Shown here: positions 34,576-47,700 of the stretch, one piece after another
Position numbering within the stretch: the stretch's first letter is position 1
Layout: each line of letters begins with the position of its first letter
From: Zancudomyces culisetae HAW-14-8
Lineage: Eukaryota; Fungi; Kickxellomycota
Assembly: GCA_052426225.1 (NCBI GenBank)
Contig: JBNJNM010000012.1
Span: 868,001-932,000, forward strand
Direction: 5' to 3'
DNA length: 64,000 nucleotides
Made by a program: the position numbers and the translations under genes
The notes under the pieces: model-generated
Database searches by the model: none
What the model saw: only the letters and a program-made list of their open reading frames with translations
What the model was told of the DNA's origin: nothing

Positions 34576-37290
34576 TTACTCCAATAATCCATTCCTAGTG
34601 CTCAAAAGATCGGCATATCGCTGCTGTAACGTCCGCTCAGTATGTGCAAGTTGCTGAACACGCTCAGTCAAGTCAGCAACACGAACTGGAATACCGACAT
34701 TAAGTTCGTTGGTATGAAGAGCATGGAATGAACGGAGTTGCATAACGGTATTTTCATACAAATTAAAAAGTTCATACAACTTGCCACCACCATTATTATT
34801 ATTATTATTAGCAGAGTTGGTATTGGTATTGGTATTTGAAAAGGAAGAAGAGGCCTTCTGTTGACTCAATCGTTCATATCCACCCAATACAACATGTAAT
34901 TTTTTCTCCAGTTTGTTGGCTTGTTGAGCCATTTCAATCATTGTCTTTTGTCTACTAGCAAGCAATTTCTTGTTCTCTTCTATATCAGCAGTAGAGCCAA
35001 TGGTACTGTGTGTATGTAAATTGGAAAAATCAGACGTGTTGGGATACTCAGTAGCCAGTTGTTCGGTAATCAAACCACGAGCTGCTTGCAACTCCTTATC
35101 CTCAAATACATCCAGGTTTCCAAATTGACTGTTGGTAGAAAACGAAGGTTCGGAACTGACGGTACAGTCGTTGGCTACTAACAATGCCATTTCGGCATCA
35201 ATCATTCGCAGAGCTACATCATTGCCATCAGCAGTTGTTCTAACCTTTGCATTGGACTGTTGCTGTTGTTGCTGTTGCAGCTGCTGTATAGATGAGAATT
35301 TTTGTAACAAATCACGCGCGACATCATCAACACTCCCTGCTCCACTGCTAGAATTAACCTTGGAAGAGTGGGAACCAGTATTAGTATCAGGTATAAGTGA
35401 TTGAAAGATAGAAGGTCTTGGTAATCCACGTTTTATGGGTGTTGAACGTCGGTTCTGTATTTGCTGTTCAAGTTTGCGTTGCTTAGCAAGTTGTTGTTTA
35501 TGTACAATTTCCATATCTTGCTCACTGTTACCATAATCATTCCCATCAACTTGCATAGTTTGCGAATCGCCTGACTGTTCATCTTCAGAATGAGGCACAA
35601 TTATTTCAAACTGGTTTTTGGGTTTTGGCAAATTCATCAATGCCCGAGAAATCATTAGGGATGGGTTTTTCTTTGTCTGCAAATAACTTGTTGCAGACTG
35701 TCTGGGCGTGTTAAGACCAAATTCATCTCTAACTGAGGGTGTTTGTTGGCTCGATTCCCGCCTCTGTCCAGATACAGCATCGGTTGTAGACACGGTTGAT
35801 GTTGAAAGATAGCTTGGAGTCTGTGTAACTGATGAGCGTGGAGTGATTCCAGTATATCCAGTACCTAGTTGAGTATGCAATGGTGTGTTTTCTTCACCCA
35901 GCAATGGTGTCTGCTGTGCTGTCAATCCGACCAGATTCATAGCCTCAACCATTACTGTGTTTTTATCGACCTTTTGCGCAGATGAAAGAATCTGGTCTAC
36001 TTTGGCCTTTTTAGAATAACTACCCAACAACAAATTTCCCGCCACATTGCTACTACCACCAATATCGCTGTTTTCTTCTTCTTCGTTTTTTTGGTTACTT
36101 CCACTGCCAACGAGCTGCTGTGCACTCTCACCTTGCTGCGCCAACTTGACAATTGTCTCCATTTCTGTGTCGCTGACTTGTGGAGCTGGTAGGTCCAGTC
36201 TGGGTCGGTTGTATAGACGATCAAGCTGCTCCTTCTCGACTGCTTGTTTATTAAGTTTGGCCTGCAAGTATGCCATTGCACGTTCCTGCCGCTCTTGTTC
36301 ATCACGTTCTTTTGCCTTTTCTTTGCCCTTTCCTTTTCCTTTTGCTTTTCCTTTTCCCTTTTCTGCATCTTGTTGTTCCTCGAGTTCCTGTTCAAGTTCC
36401 CATTTTTTCTTTTCTTCAACTTCACTCAATGACACTGAACCACTAGCAGAGCCACGACTGCGACTAGTGCTACTCTTGGAATCTTTTATTAATTCCTCAT
36501 TTGTATCATAAAACCCCGGCAATGGCGCTTTTGCAAATGGAATATCTCGGTTATAGTCCACCAATACATTTCCACGCTTCCGTGCCTTCTTGCGTGCCAA
36601 AGTCTGTGCCAACTGTTCACCAGGAGCCAGAATACCCGCCGCAACCAGCTCACGGCGCCGTTGCAACCCGGCCAATTTACGAGCCTCCGCAAGTTGCCGT
36701 TCACGTGCTTTACGTTTCGCCTTTTTTCCTTGCGTGTTTGCGAGCCTAGCACGAGCTTCAGACAACATTTCCAATTCGTCTTCATCCATATCAACCGGAT
36801 CCGGTCGTGCGGGTTTTGTCTCGGGATCGGGATCGACTTCGCCTGCTCGTAGCCGGCGGTATTGTGGTATGTCAGCAACTCCCGGCTCAGCCTCGGCACC
36901 CGGCCCCTGTAGCGCCAAAGCCGCACTACTGCCACCCTTTGCACCCGCCGCGCCACCGCCAAGCTGGGCCTCTGCATCATCCAGCAGCTTTTGGTACCGC
37001 TCCAGACACTGCGCGGGCGTACGACCAACAATCGGTGCAATCGTTCGCCATTGGGTCGGCATCAGCTTGGCCAGATGCAACAGCTTTTCATCTTCTTCCG
37101 TCGACCACTCCAGCTTGCGGATGCTCGGATCCAGCCACTCGTACCATCGCGCTTTGCATTGCTTTGGCGTCTTGCGGACCAACAGCGACGAAATACGTGC
37201 CCATTGGTTCTTGCCGTACTTCATCACTGCTGCCTTGAGGATCTCATCCTCTGTGTTCTTCCAAACTCCGCCCTTGATTGTTATTCGCAT
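34576..37290 (-). CDS. CEF1: Pre-mRNA splicing factor Cef1/Cdc5, intronless
   Basis: MRITIKGGVWKNTEDEILKAAVMKYGKNQWARISSLL Myb repeats; PETKPARPDPVDMDEDELEMLSEARARLANTQGKKAKRKARE. Confidence 0.98.
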   Translation of the reverse strand: MRITIKGGVWKNTEDEILKAAVMKYGKNQWARISSLLVRKTPKQCKARWYEWLDPSIRKLEWSTEEDEKLLHLAKLMPTQWRTIAPIVGRTPAQCLERYQKLLDDAEAQLGGGAAGAKGGSSAALALQGPGAEAEPGVADIPQYRRLRAGEVDPDPETKPARPDPVDMDEDELEMLSEARARLANTQGKKAKRKARERQLAEARKLAGLQRRRELVAAGILAPGEQLAQTLARKKARKRGNVLVDYNRDIPFAKAPLPGFYDTNEELIKDSKSSTSRSRGSASGSVSLSEVEEKKKWELEQELEEQQDAEKGKGKAKGKGKGKEKAKERDEQERQERAMAYLQAKLNKQAVEKEQLDRLYNRPRLDLPAPQVSDTEMETIVKLAQQGESAQQLVGSGSNQKNEEEENSDIGGSSNVAGNLLLGSYSKKAKVDQILSSAQKVDKNTVMVEAMNLVGLTAQQTPLLGEENTPLHTQLGTGYTGITPRSSVTQTPSYLSTSTVSTTDAVSGQRRESSQQTPSVRDEFGLNTPRQSATSYLQTKKNPSLMISRALMNLPKPKNQFEIIVPHSEDEQSGDSQTMQVDGNDYGNSEQDMEIVHKQQLAKQRKLEQQIQNRRSTPIKRGLPRPSIFQSLIPDTNTGSHSSKVNSSSGAGSVDDVARDLLQKFSSIQQLQQQQQQQSNAKVRTTADGNDVALRMIDAEMALLVANDCTVSSEPSFSTNSQFGNLDVFEDKELQAARGLITEQLATEYPNTSDFSNLHTHSTIGSTADIEENKKLLASRQKTMIEMAQQANKLEKKLHVVLGGYERLSQQKASSSFSNTNTNTNSANNNNNNGGGKLYELFNLYENTVMQLRSFHALHTNELNVGIPVRVADLTERVQQLAHTERTLQQRYADLLSTRNGLLE

Positions 37291-37972
37291 CGTTTATTTA
37301 CCGTCCCTGTTTATCCCCTTTTTGTTTTTCTTTTTCTAATTCACTTTCTATTTCTATTTCTATTTCTATGTTTAGTCGTTATGTGTTGGTTCTAGAAATG
37401 ATTTGTAGAGGATTAATATTTATTATTAATTCAATTCATTCAATTCATTCAATATTGCTCATTAAATGTTTGCTAATTTTTACTAGTATTCACCACTCAC
37501 TCGCTTTCATCTAAAAAAAAAAAAAATTTTTATATGTATATGTAATTATTAGGTTATTTTTTCGTGGATTAATTCAAATCCCAAGAATTAGTAAATAAGT
37601 ACATATAATTTACACAAATATATTGAAATATACTGTAAATAATACAAAAATCATATATATATTTGGAGAAGCAGGGGAGAGAGTTTGTATTGTATTTGGC
37701 TCTCATGGATTGAACTAAATAATAATAAATAAAAACCATCATGTTTCAATCTTAATATTACTATAACAGAATAATTGTTAAAAACATATATATAATATAA
37801 TATAATATAAAAAAATAAACAAAATAAACAAATACGAAGAATCATTAAAAGACAAAAACATGTAGTAAAAATATAAATATATAAATGTCTAAAATAAGTC
37901 ACAAAGATCAAGACTCTCTCCCCCTCCTCCCCCCCCCCCCGCCCCTTTTTTATATTTTCTTCTTTCTTCCTT

Positions 37973-39529
37973 TTAAGGCCTGAAAAATTGGTTCTGTGAA
38001 AGCTGCCACTGGCGCCACATTTGATACTGTTGGGGTGTAATGTTATTGAGACCATATCCTGGTGTAGCAGCATTCGCATTAGCATTTGCATTTGCATTCG
38101 CACTGGGATTGGCATTAGCAGCAGTAGGAGTAGGAGTTGCTGTGTTGGCAGTAATTCCGGGAGTACTTAAAGCACCAGGAGTCGCAGACGAAGCACCAGC
38201 ACTCGCGTTTTGGCTGTGGGATGCTAGCAGAACCTCAGCAGCATTAGGATTGCCTACTGCAGCAGCAGAAAGAAGTCCAGATTGCAGCAGAGGGGAAACA
38301 AGTGGGTTTGCCGCAGAAATGTTAAACCCGCCAGAATTCCCCCCAGAAGAAACTGTGGGATTCATACCAATCGCCCCCATGTTCATCCCAAGTCCACCCA
38401 GCCCGCCAAGGTTCATTGCGTTCATGTTCATTGCATTCATGTTTACACCCATCCCCATGTTGGCATTGGTATTTGGGTTTTGGGCAGATAATGACGGAGT
38501 ACCACGTAGATGTGAATGAGCAGCGGCATGTGTAGCGTGTGCTTGTGCTTGTGCTTGAGTTTGTGCTTGAGTTTGGTTTTGAGTTTGACTCTGGCTTTGG
38601 TTTTGGCTTTGGTTCTGATTTTGGCTTTGAGCCTGGCTTTGGTTTTGACCATGTTGATGTGATTGAGATAGCGAATGAACAGAGCCCATGACATTCTGTT
38701 TGGCTCCAGAATTGGCCAAGGCATTGAGGTTATTCAGTAATAGAGAGCTAGGAAGATTACCAACATTTCCACCCGCGTTAGCATTAGCAAATAAACTGTT
38801 AAGCGATTGGATATTCAGCTGAGCCAGTGGATTGTTTAAACTCATGTTGGCATTGCTGCCTGTGCTTTTATTTTCTGACATATAATGTGCCTGCTGAGCC
38901 TGTTGTTGTTGTTGTTGTTGAGCTTGTTGTTGCTGAGCTTGTTGTTGAGCTTGCTGTTGAGCTTGTTGTTGGGCTTGTTGTTGAGCTTGTTGAGCTTGTT
39001 GTTGCTGCTGTTGTTGCTGTTGTTGCTGCTGCTGAGCTTGTTGTTGTTGTTGTTGTTGTTGCTGCTGAGCTTGTTGTTGTTGTTGTTGTTGTTGTTGCTG
39101 TTGTTGTTTCTGGGCCAAAAGAATTTGTAGGGAAGTAGCTTGTTGAGATGGATGAAGAGCACGAAGCTGGTTAATTTGATCAGTTGATAAATTGATACCA
39201 TTTGCAGCAAACAACGAAACTAAGTCTACTGGTGAGGCAGCTGATGCAGACAATGATGAGTCCTGTTGAGACTTTTGTTGGGCCTGTTGTTGGGCTTGTT
39301 GTTGTTGAGCTTGTTGTTGAGCTTGTTGGGCCTTTTGTGCTTGTGCCTGCGCTTGTGCTTGTGCTTGTGCCTGTGCCTGAGCCTGAGCCTGTGCCTGAGC
39401 TTGTGCCTGAGCCTGTGCTTGTTGTTGTTGTTGTTGTTGTAACTGTTGTTGCTGAGCTTGTTGTTGTTGCTGCTGAGCTTGTTGTTGTTGTTGTTGTTGC
39501 TTTTGTAACTGCTGGGCTTTTTGCTGAGC

Positions 39530-39562
<33 letters not shown>

Positions 39563-42224
39563 AGCTTGTTGTTGTAAATGAAATTGAATCTGCAACTTGG
39601 CATTTTGTTGCGCCTGAGCCAAGGAATATCCCTGAGTAACATAATGCTGCACAAGTTGTTGGAACAACTGGATTTGTTGGCTGGCTGTTGTTGCCGTTGA
39701 TGATAATATGCTCTGTTTCTGTTGTAAGTTTGGTGTAGACGAAACATTTGATGACATTATTGAATCACCTGCATTGGCATTGGCCGTTGTGTTGGAATTG
39801 GAACCAATACTGGGAGTAGCTGTACCTGTACCTGTACCTGTACCTGTGCCTGTGCCTGTGCCTGCACTATTGGAATTAGAATTGGTGTTTGTATTCGCAT
39901 TCGCATTTGGATTTGTGTTTGGATTTACATTGGAAGCAGCGTTAGAGTTGGCATTAGAGTTTACAGAGGCATTAGTTAAATTATACCCAATCGAAAAGTT
40001 GGATTGTTGGGCAGGTGATGCAAGATTAGCAAACTGAGTAGAACCAGGATTTATGTTTGACTGTTTAGATGAAGACGTTTCAGCTGAAAGATCTGAAGAA
40101 TTAAACAACAGATTTTGGCCAAGTGATGCTGAATTTTGTTGGTGGTTTGACATTGCTCTTTGAAGAGCTTGTTGGTGTTGTTGCTGTAATTTCTGCTGTT
40201 GTTGTTGTTGTTGTTGCTGTTGTTGTTGCTGCTGTTGCTGCTGCTGCTGTTGCTGCTGTTGTAATTGCTGAAGCTGTGCTTGTTGTTGTTGTTGCTGGGC
40301 CTGTTGAGCCTGTTGTTGCTGCTGCTGTTGTAATTGTTGTTGTTGTTGTTGCTGCTGTTGTTGTTGTAATTGTTGATGTTGTTGTTGTTGTTGAATTAGT
40401 TCAGATTGAATATTTGTATTTGCTATATTTGAAGAAATAGTTAGAGGAGTACTTGCAGATAAAGGAGTTTGAGTTTTGGATTTTGGAGACAACAAATTGG
40501 CATTTACAGCAGATGAAGAAAGTGGTTGGGAATGCTTGGTTCCAGGACTAAACGTATTCATCGCCATAGCCATATTCATATTCGTATTCATATTCGTATT
40601 CATATTCATAACCTCAGCCGATTTGAGCTGAGGAGTAATCAATTTCTGGGCCGAAATGGCAGGTGTCAGCTGACTAGACATATCACAGAAATGAGTTGGA
40701 ATTGGCTGTTTGAGAAACACAAATCCAAGCAGTGACTCGTTGAGTGGAACCAACATAATACCAAACAACTCTCCCGGCCGTGCCGATGGCTCGTTGAACC
40801 GAATGATCCCGACATACGAACCTTGCTTGAGCGTGGAACAAAACGAATCAAAATTGTACGACAACTCATTCTGCGACAGCGTGTATCCCCCAAACGCCGC
40901 ACCCGTCAACTTTTGTTCTGCATCGGAACTGCGAATAAAAACAACCTGTGGCACTCGCACCACTTTTGCCCACTCGCTAACCTGCGACGCACTGATGTTT
41001 AGCAGCCCTGTAACATTTAACTGGGCCGGCCACTGGCTGATCACACAATCGCTGATCAGATTACCTTCGCTTGCCATAGCTATTGACGTTGCTGGAATCA
41101 CCATTTCTGTCAGCTTGCCATTTGGCGTCCGTGCTGCACTGATAATCACTCCCTTCCAGAAATTCGACACTTGGAATGAATCTCCCGTATCCGACCTAAG
41201 CAAATGGTTGGTTTTGCCCGTGCCAAACTGAACCATGCTTTGGTGTTTTGGCGCTCCCTCTGCTATCTTTGGTGACTCAACCGCCTTCTGATGCTCACGC
41301 CCTCCCAAGTTCATCTTCTGCTGTACAACTTCGCCGCCTGCCTCTGGTCGTGGCACCCCCTTGCTACCTTCTTGCTGAGCCAGTGCTGCTGCTGCCGCCG
41401 CCGCTATCGACTGCATAAACACCTCATTGTCGTTGTACTGCGCACGATACTTAGTCAACGTGTTCAGCAGCACGTGCTGGGCTGTAGAAAGACTTTGCTG
41501 CTTGTCTTGAGCGTTGGAAACCAGCAATAAATTGGCTAGTTCTGTCGCACTCATCGCCACCACCACTTTGGGTTCTCGATTAACCATTTGTGACAACCTT
41601 ACAACTGTTTGGACTGCTTGTTGATGTGTGATTTGACCAACCGCTGGACTTGGTGCATACACCTGTCCCTGTCCCTGTCCTTGTTGTTGTTGTTGTTGTT
41701 GTTGTTGTTGCTGGTTTGATGTTGTCCTCTGAAGAGCCTGCTGCTGCTGCTGCTGCTGTTGTGCTTGTTGTGCTTGTTGTTGCTGATCCATTGGCGACTT
41801 GTTCTTTTGTTGTTGAGCCATTACTGCACTCAACCCTGCCATCTGACTCTGCCCCTCACTCATACTTCCTTGCATCATCAAATTGGTCCCTCCGCTAGGC
41901 GATGGTGTCACTGTCTTTGAAAACATCGTGTTTTGCTGTAGCTGTTGTAGCTGCCTCACTGCCTTTGGCGAACCCATGATATTTTCCTGGCTTTTATTTC
42001 CCGACATTGGTAGTGATGTTGGTATTGGAGTTGCTCCTGTCTGTACCAATTGAGGACTTTGTAGCTCTTGAAGTTGTTGTATCTGTGCTTGTGTTTGTGT
42101 TTGCAGTTGGTTTTGTAGTTGTGCAAACAATGGGTTCTGCATCATCGAATTTTCTTGTCCTTGTTGCTCTCTGTTCTTTAACTTTTGTTGTTGACTCAAA
42201 AGTTGTTGAAGCTGGAGTTGAGCC

Positions 42225-42255
<31 letters not shown>

Positions 42256-44704
42256 GCGCCTGATGCTGAGCCTGCTGTTGCTGTTGTTGTTGCTGTTGCG
42301 CCTGATGCTGAGCTTGTTGTTGAGCCTGCTGTTGTTGTTGTTGTTGATGTGCCTGATGCTGAGCTTGTTGTTGAGCTTGCTGTTGAGCTTGTTGTTGCTG
42401 TTGTTGTTGCTGAGCTTGTTGTAACTGTTGTTGTTTCAGCATTTGATTATAAAGTGGGTGTTGAAGCAACTGCTGTTTAGCTGCTCCCAACTGTTGTACA
42501 AGCGTCTGCTGCATAATCTGCATGTTTCTACATTCCTGAACCAACAGGGCCTTTTGTCGTGCTGCCTGTGCCATTTGTGCTGCTGTTGTACCCCCCGGCG
42601 TGTTTTTGAACTCTTCGACCTGTTGTAACTTTTGTAGTTGACTTACCCGCACCTGTTGTTGCTGTTCAACTTGTGAAATCTGGGCTTCTAGCGCCTTGAT
42701 CTTAGTCACAAAGGCTGAAAGTGTTGCTGCTGCCTCTGCTGTGGTTACTGGTGTCGCTGCTGTGGTTACTGTTGGCGTTGGCGTTGCTGTTGCTGTTGCT
42801 GTTGGTACACCCTCCTGTCCCTGGTTCTGAGTTTGCCCTGCACTTGCACCTGCACCTGCACCTGCACCTGTTACTGTTGCTGTTGTTATGGGTATAACTG
42901 GCGTTCCTACTGCTGGTGTTGAAACTGTTGCGGCATTTGGTGTCGCTAATGCTCCTACCCGTGTGTTTATTGCAAGCCCCGCACCCAAACCTGCCTCTCC
43001 ACCCATCACCATTGCAGCCGCATTGGCCATTTGCTCTTGTGTCTGTACTGGCCTCTCTCCAATTCCTCCCTCAGTTTTACTAACTGGTGCCGGTGATATC
43101 GATGCCATTTTCTTGTTGGCCATCTTGGTACTGCGAGGCGATCCCTTTTTCGATGCCGCCTTACTTCCCCGGCCCCTACGTGATATAGATGGCATTATTC
43201 CTGCTGCCTCACCTCCCTCCACGCTCCGACTCTCACTAGTTCCTCTTGAATCTTGCTGTACCTCTGTTGGTGTGGCTATTACTGTTGGTGTTGCTACTGT
43301 TCCTGCTCCTGCTCCTGCTCCTGTTGCTATTGTCGTTGCTGTTGAAACACCCAACTCAGGCGCTCCATCTCTGTTCTGTATACCCGACTCATCCACTTGC
43401 GCCTCTCCTCCTGAACTCGCAGCCGAACCCGCGGTCGTGTCCGCCACTACTCCCGTAGTTGGAACTGCAGCTGGAGTAGCTGTTGCTGTTACTGTTGTAT
43501 TTGTGACTGTAGTTGTATCATTTCTACTTTCTACCTCCTGAATTTTCGTTGCCTCGCTTGTAGAGTCTATCTTTACTTTCTTTTCTGGTCCGCCAAGTAC
43601 CTCCTCTTCTTCAGCCTCTGACTGTCCAATATTTATATTTGTAGTATACAGCGGGAATCCTCCTGTCTGTCCACTAGGAACTAGAACCGGCTGCCGACCT
43701 GAACTGCTACCCTTTCTGATCATCACTCTGAAATATTCTCCTTCTTTACTGGTTAGCGCAACCGCTGAAAAATTCACCGCCCGCTGTCTAATCAAATCCA
43801 ATGCTTTAGACAGCGTTGTTCCATCATATTCTCTTCGCTGGTTCTCGCGACAGTACTCTTCCAACACTCCTACACCCGTCTGTCTCCATCCAAGCTCCTG
43901 TATTAGTCTGGCACTGCTCTCATCACCATTGTTTCCCGCTAGCTCTTGCATAAGCAGGCCCTCAATTCCGTACGGCAATGCTCCCCCCACCACTACACAA
44001 TGTTTAGAGTGCACATCTACTATTTTTGCATCCTCATCAAAATCCGCAAAGTCATCCATCATTTCAAGCGCTCCTACCAACCCCTCCAAAACCGCGCTCC
44101 TGATATGCCCTCCTACATCAAACTCATGTCTCAGCATTTCTATCCCAAACTTTCGATAGTTCGTCGTAAAGTACTTTGATAACACCGCATTGTTTGACAT
44201 TGGCGAGTAATCCCCATAAAATACCACTCCTATTTTAACCACTGGTGTCACCTTTATTGGTACGTTTACACCCGTCACCAACACTGGCGTCCTCAGCTCT
44301 CTACATTTATTGATTTTTTAGTTAGTATCTTGCTCTCATTTTTTCCCTCTCTTGCTTTCCCCGTTTCTTGTTTATCATGTTTTATTTCACCTTACTCACC
44401 TTATAATCTTCTCTAATACCTCGCTATAAAGCTTTGGAAAAACACTTTCTATTCGTTTTGAGTTTTCGATTACAATCACACACAATATAACCTTTTTTTG
44501 TCCAACCATCTCCTTTTTATCCTTATTCTGCAGCCCTAAGCTAAGATCGCTTCCAGAACCCCCAGATGCCTCTGGACTGGCTCTTTTTTTGCTCATTATC
44601 TCCTCTGCTCTTAGCACTTGGACATTTCCCATCATTTGTGTTTCCATTTTTATCATCGTTCTATTATTTTTATTTATTTGTAATCCTACTATTAGTAAAT
44701 TCAT
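37973..44704 (-). CDS. MED25: Mediator subunit Med25-like (VWA plus ACID/PTOV) with very long polyQ tracts, ~2200 aa
   Basis: Intron 44301-44399 joins the two ORFs. VWA-like CVIVIENS...IGVVFYG...F..GG...AVLEGLVGALEMMDD...KHCVVVG; ACID-like FWKGVI...QWPAQLNV...IMLVP..ESLLGFV. Several candidate ATGs. Confidence 0.8.
38890..42435 (-). repeat. Clusters of CAA/CAG polyQ and dipeptide (QA, GT, NA, MN) coding repeats in MED25
   Basis: Visible (TTG)n/(CTG)n arrays at ~38890-39570, 40150-40395, 41680-41790 and 42185-42435. Confidence 0.95.
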
Positions 44705-47700
44705 TGCTCTTTCTATTTTAATCCTTTACACAGTTTACGCCTAAATCATATCCCTCAACAAAACGATTTATTCTCGTTTCGTTTTACATATGTTAAATTA
44801 CACTGTTATTTCAGAAGTTTGACCCTTTCCTTTTATAAAATCTTACACCACCACCACCATAGTTCTTTTAATTTAAATTAATAATCATAAATACATAGAA
44901 CCTCTGCCAATCTATCACTAGCACAATGTTTTCAGCATCAATTTCTTCACCTCATCTTTACGTACTCAACTTATTTGTTTATTAAAAACTTGTAATATTA
45001 CCCCCCCCCCCACCTCTCCCCTCATCACGAACGTTTAAACAATATTCGTGATATCATCCGCAACCTTTTTGTTTTCGGATTATGCCGATTGATCACTTTT
45101 CGCAAAAGGGCTCCAAATCCAAGAATTTCTATATTATTATTAAAATGCTCGTCTCTTTCCTTTCTTACCTTAAATTTTCTTATGCTTTACCTTTCGCTCG
45201 CTCACTCCCTTCCGATCAGCGTTTCTTTATTCGTCTCTAGGTTTTCGATTCGTTCTCTCCTTCAAAATTCCTCTGATACTCCTCTTTGTTTTCAGAATGT
45301 TCTATATACCTTTTGCCTTTTTTTATTTCCCTCGAGATTTCAAACACGAATTACAAATTAATGAGCTGGATACACCTCTCTTTCTCTCCCCACTCCTTTC
45401 AAGAAATAATAATAATCAGATTTAGATTTTCCTCTCGTAATTTACAATCAAATGCTTCCCATCTAACAAAGCCCAGCAAAAAAAGAAACTCTCTCTTTCT
45501 TGCACAAGTTACTGCCTTTGAAGTTTTTGACTACCCTGCTACACGCCAGAATTGTTTTTATTTTTTGACAACTTAGTGTACAATTTACTTGTATCTCCCT
45601 CCTATTCGGTCATCACAACTAGTAAAATAATTTCACAACTTATTTAACCCCAAGCCCTTATTAATTTTCATGTAACTAGCGTCCTTTTTTTTTTCTCTTT
45701 GGCTTTTATTTGTTTTCGTTTGAAATTCTCAGATTATTCTTTTCAATTTTATTTATTTTCATTTGCTCTATTTTTATCCCAATTTCCTGTTTTATTCTAG
45801 TTTTATTTTTTTGAGTGACTATGTTTGCTAAATACCCTTGGAACCCAAGAATTCTTCACGTTTTTTTTATTACCAAACTTTGTTATTTTTTCCTTTAATT
45901 TATTTTTTTAGCTTACTTTTACCTAGTTTCCTCCATTCTGCACACCACCAGCCCTTATACCCCCCCTCCCTCTTTACACACCCATTTTCAATTTCTAGCC
46001 AATTCGATTTATTTTCGGTTTTTAGTAACAATAAATTAATTTTCAAAAAGTAAATTAAAAAAAAAATTTTTTTTTCGCGATTTCAACTGGAAATACACTG
46101 CGCTGTGCACTCAAAATCCCCATACTCATCAACAACCATATGCATCAGGTTTTGCAAATCACTTTCTATTTATTTGCTTGTGTTTTTTATTTTTATTTTT
46201 ATTTTTATTTATTCATTTTTACTATACATTTTGTAAAACGCGCTTGGTTATGGACATTGCTCAAATACCAAAAAATCATCTCTATTTTTTGTTTTTGTTA
46301 CCACTTTTTTGCCTGGTTATTTTTTTGTTTTCACATTAATTCTTTTAAATCGTCCATTACGTCATATTGCATCTGTCCAGCCAATTTCCCTTTAACATGT
46401 TGTTTCTTGGTAGCTTTATACAGGTGCAGTTTTGATTGATCATCTTTAATTACCGAAACAAAATATCATTTGATTGAATAAACAACCAAGGAGTTTTCTT
46501 GGGATTGATAATAGTGCGAATTGTCCGCCTGTTTTTCCCTGCGAATTATTTTGCTAACATTCGCTAAATTAAAAAAGCAGAACTTGTGATACACTTTTCA
46601 AAAACAACCCCATCTAACTGCAATGTTGTTTTGTATCCATCTGTACTAGGTTTACCTTTTCAAGTCAATTCTGAATACTAGGAGTATGTACAGCATTTAT
46701 AAAAACAATTTACATACACATTTCTGGATACTACTGTACCTACTACTCGCAAACATCTTGCACTATTAGTATCACTATTTATTGGCATTTTTGTCCAGAA
46801 ATTCTCGTCGAATTGTTACTTTCTTATTTTACTCTAAAAGCGTTCTGTACTAAATTCATTATCAGATTTGGGGGAATGAATATTGCAGAGAAAACACTCT
46901 TCCCCTCACTTTCTCGCTTCCGATCTGGTCTATAACTTTCAACGTTTTTTATCACACATTGGCTGTACCCAACCCTGAATTTGCTACCCCTTTACTGCTT
47001 TTACATCATTTGTTTATCTAAAGTTTGTCCCTCCCCTTTAAATCGCTTTTTTTTATCCAACCAGTATTTAGATGTATTTCCCTCTCCGCTCCTTTATATG
47101 CATATACAACCAATATTACCAAATTAGAATGAATGTACTATCCTGTTACTATTACTAGCTGAAAATAAACTATAGCCTCTTCCTCTTCATTAACCTTTTT
47201 TTTATTTGCAACCTTCTCCGTCACTACTTGTTTTGTAAACATTCGCGTATTTTTTTTAAATGATTCTCATCAGCATGTTATATGTATATTTTGTCATACT
47301 TCTGGTTTAATTTAGATATACCCGATCTTGTTGTATATTATTAGTATCCAAAATAAATACTTATCACTCAAATGGGGTTTATAAACTATTTCTCTCTAAA
47401 AGAGTATATTCCGAACCAAAGTACCTTTATCATGTTACTTTTTGCCTGCATCCATAGCGCCCTGTTGAGCGATCTCAAATTGTACTGCATTTGTAATTTA
47501 TTTATGTTTACTTTACAGACACATAACCGTATTATACAAGAGCACATATACATTCTTTTTCCTACACACCCTCTTCAATCTATCCAATTCCTCCAATATA
47601 TATCATATCACTGCTTCCTCGACTAATACTTTATACTGCCATCACAATTAACCCCACAAAAACAAAAACCCCCAAACAGAATTCTACTCTTGGTGTCTTT

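Noticed and set aside
38040-43541. Many long antisense or alternate-frame ORFs (polyV, polyL, polyN) over MED25, CEF1 and HROB
   Set aside because: Expected by-products of trinucleotide repeats and GC-rich codons lacking stops.
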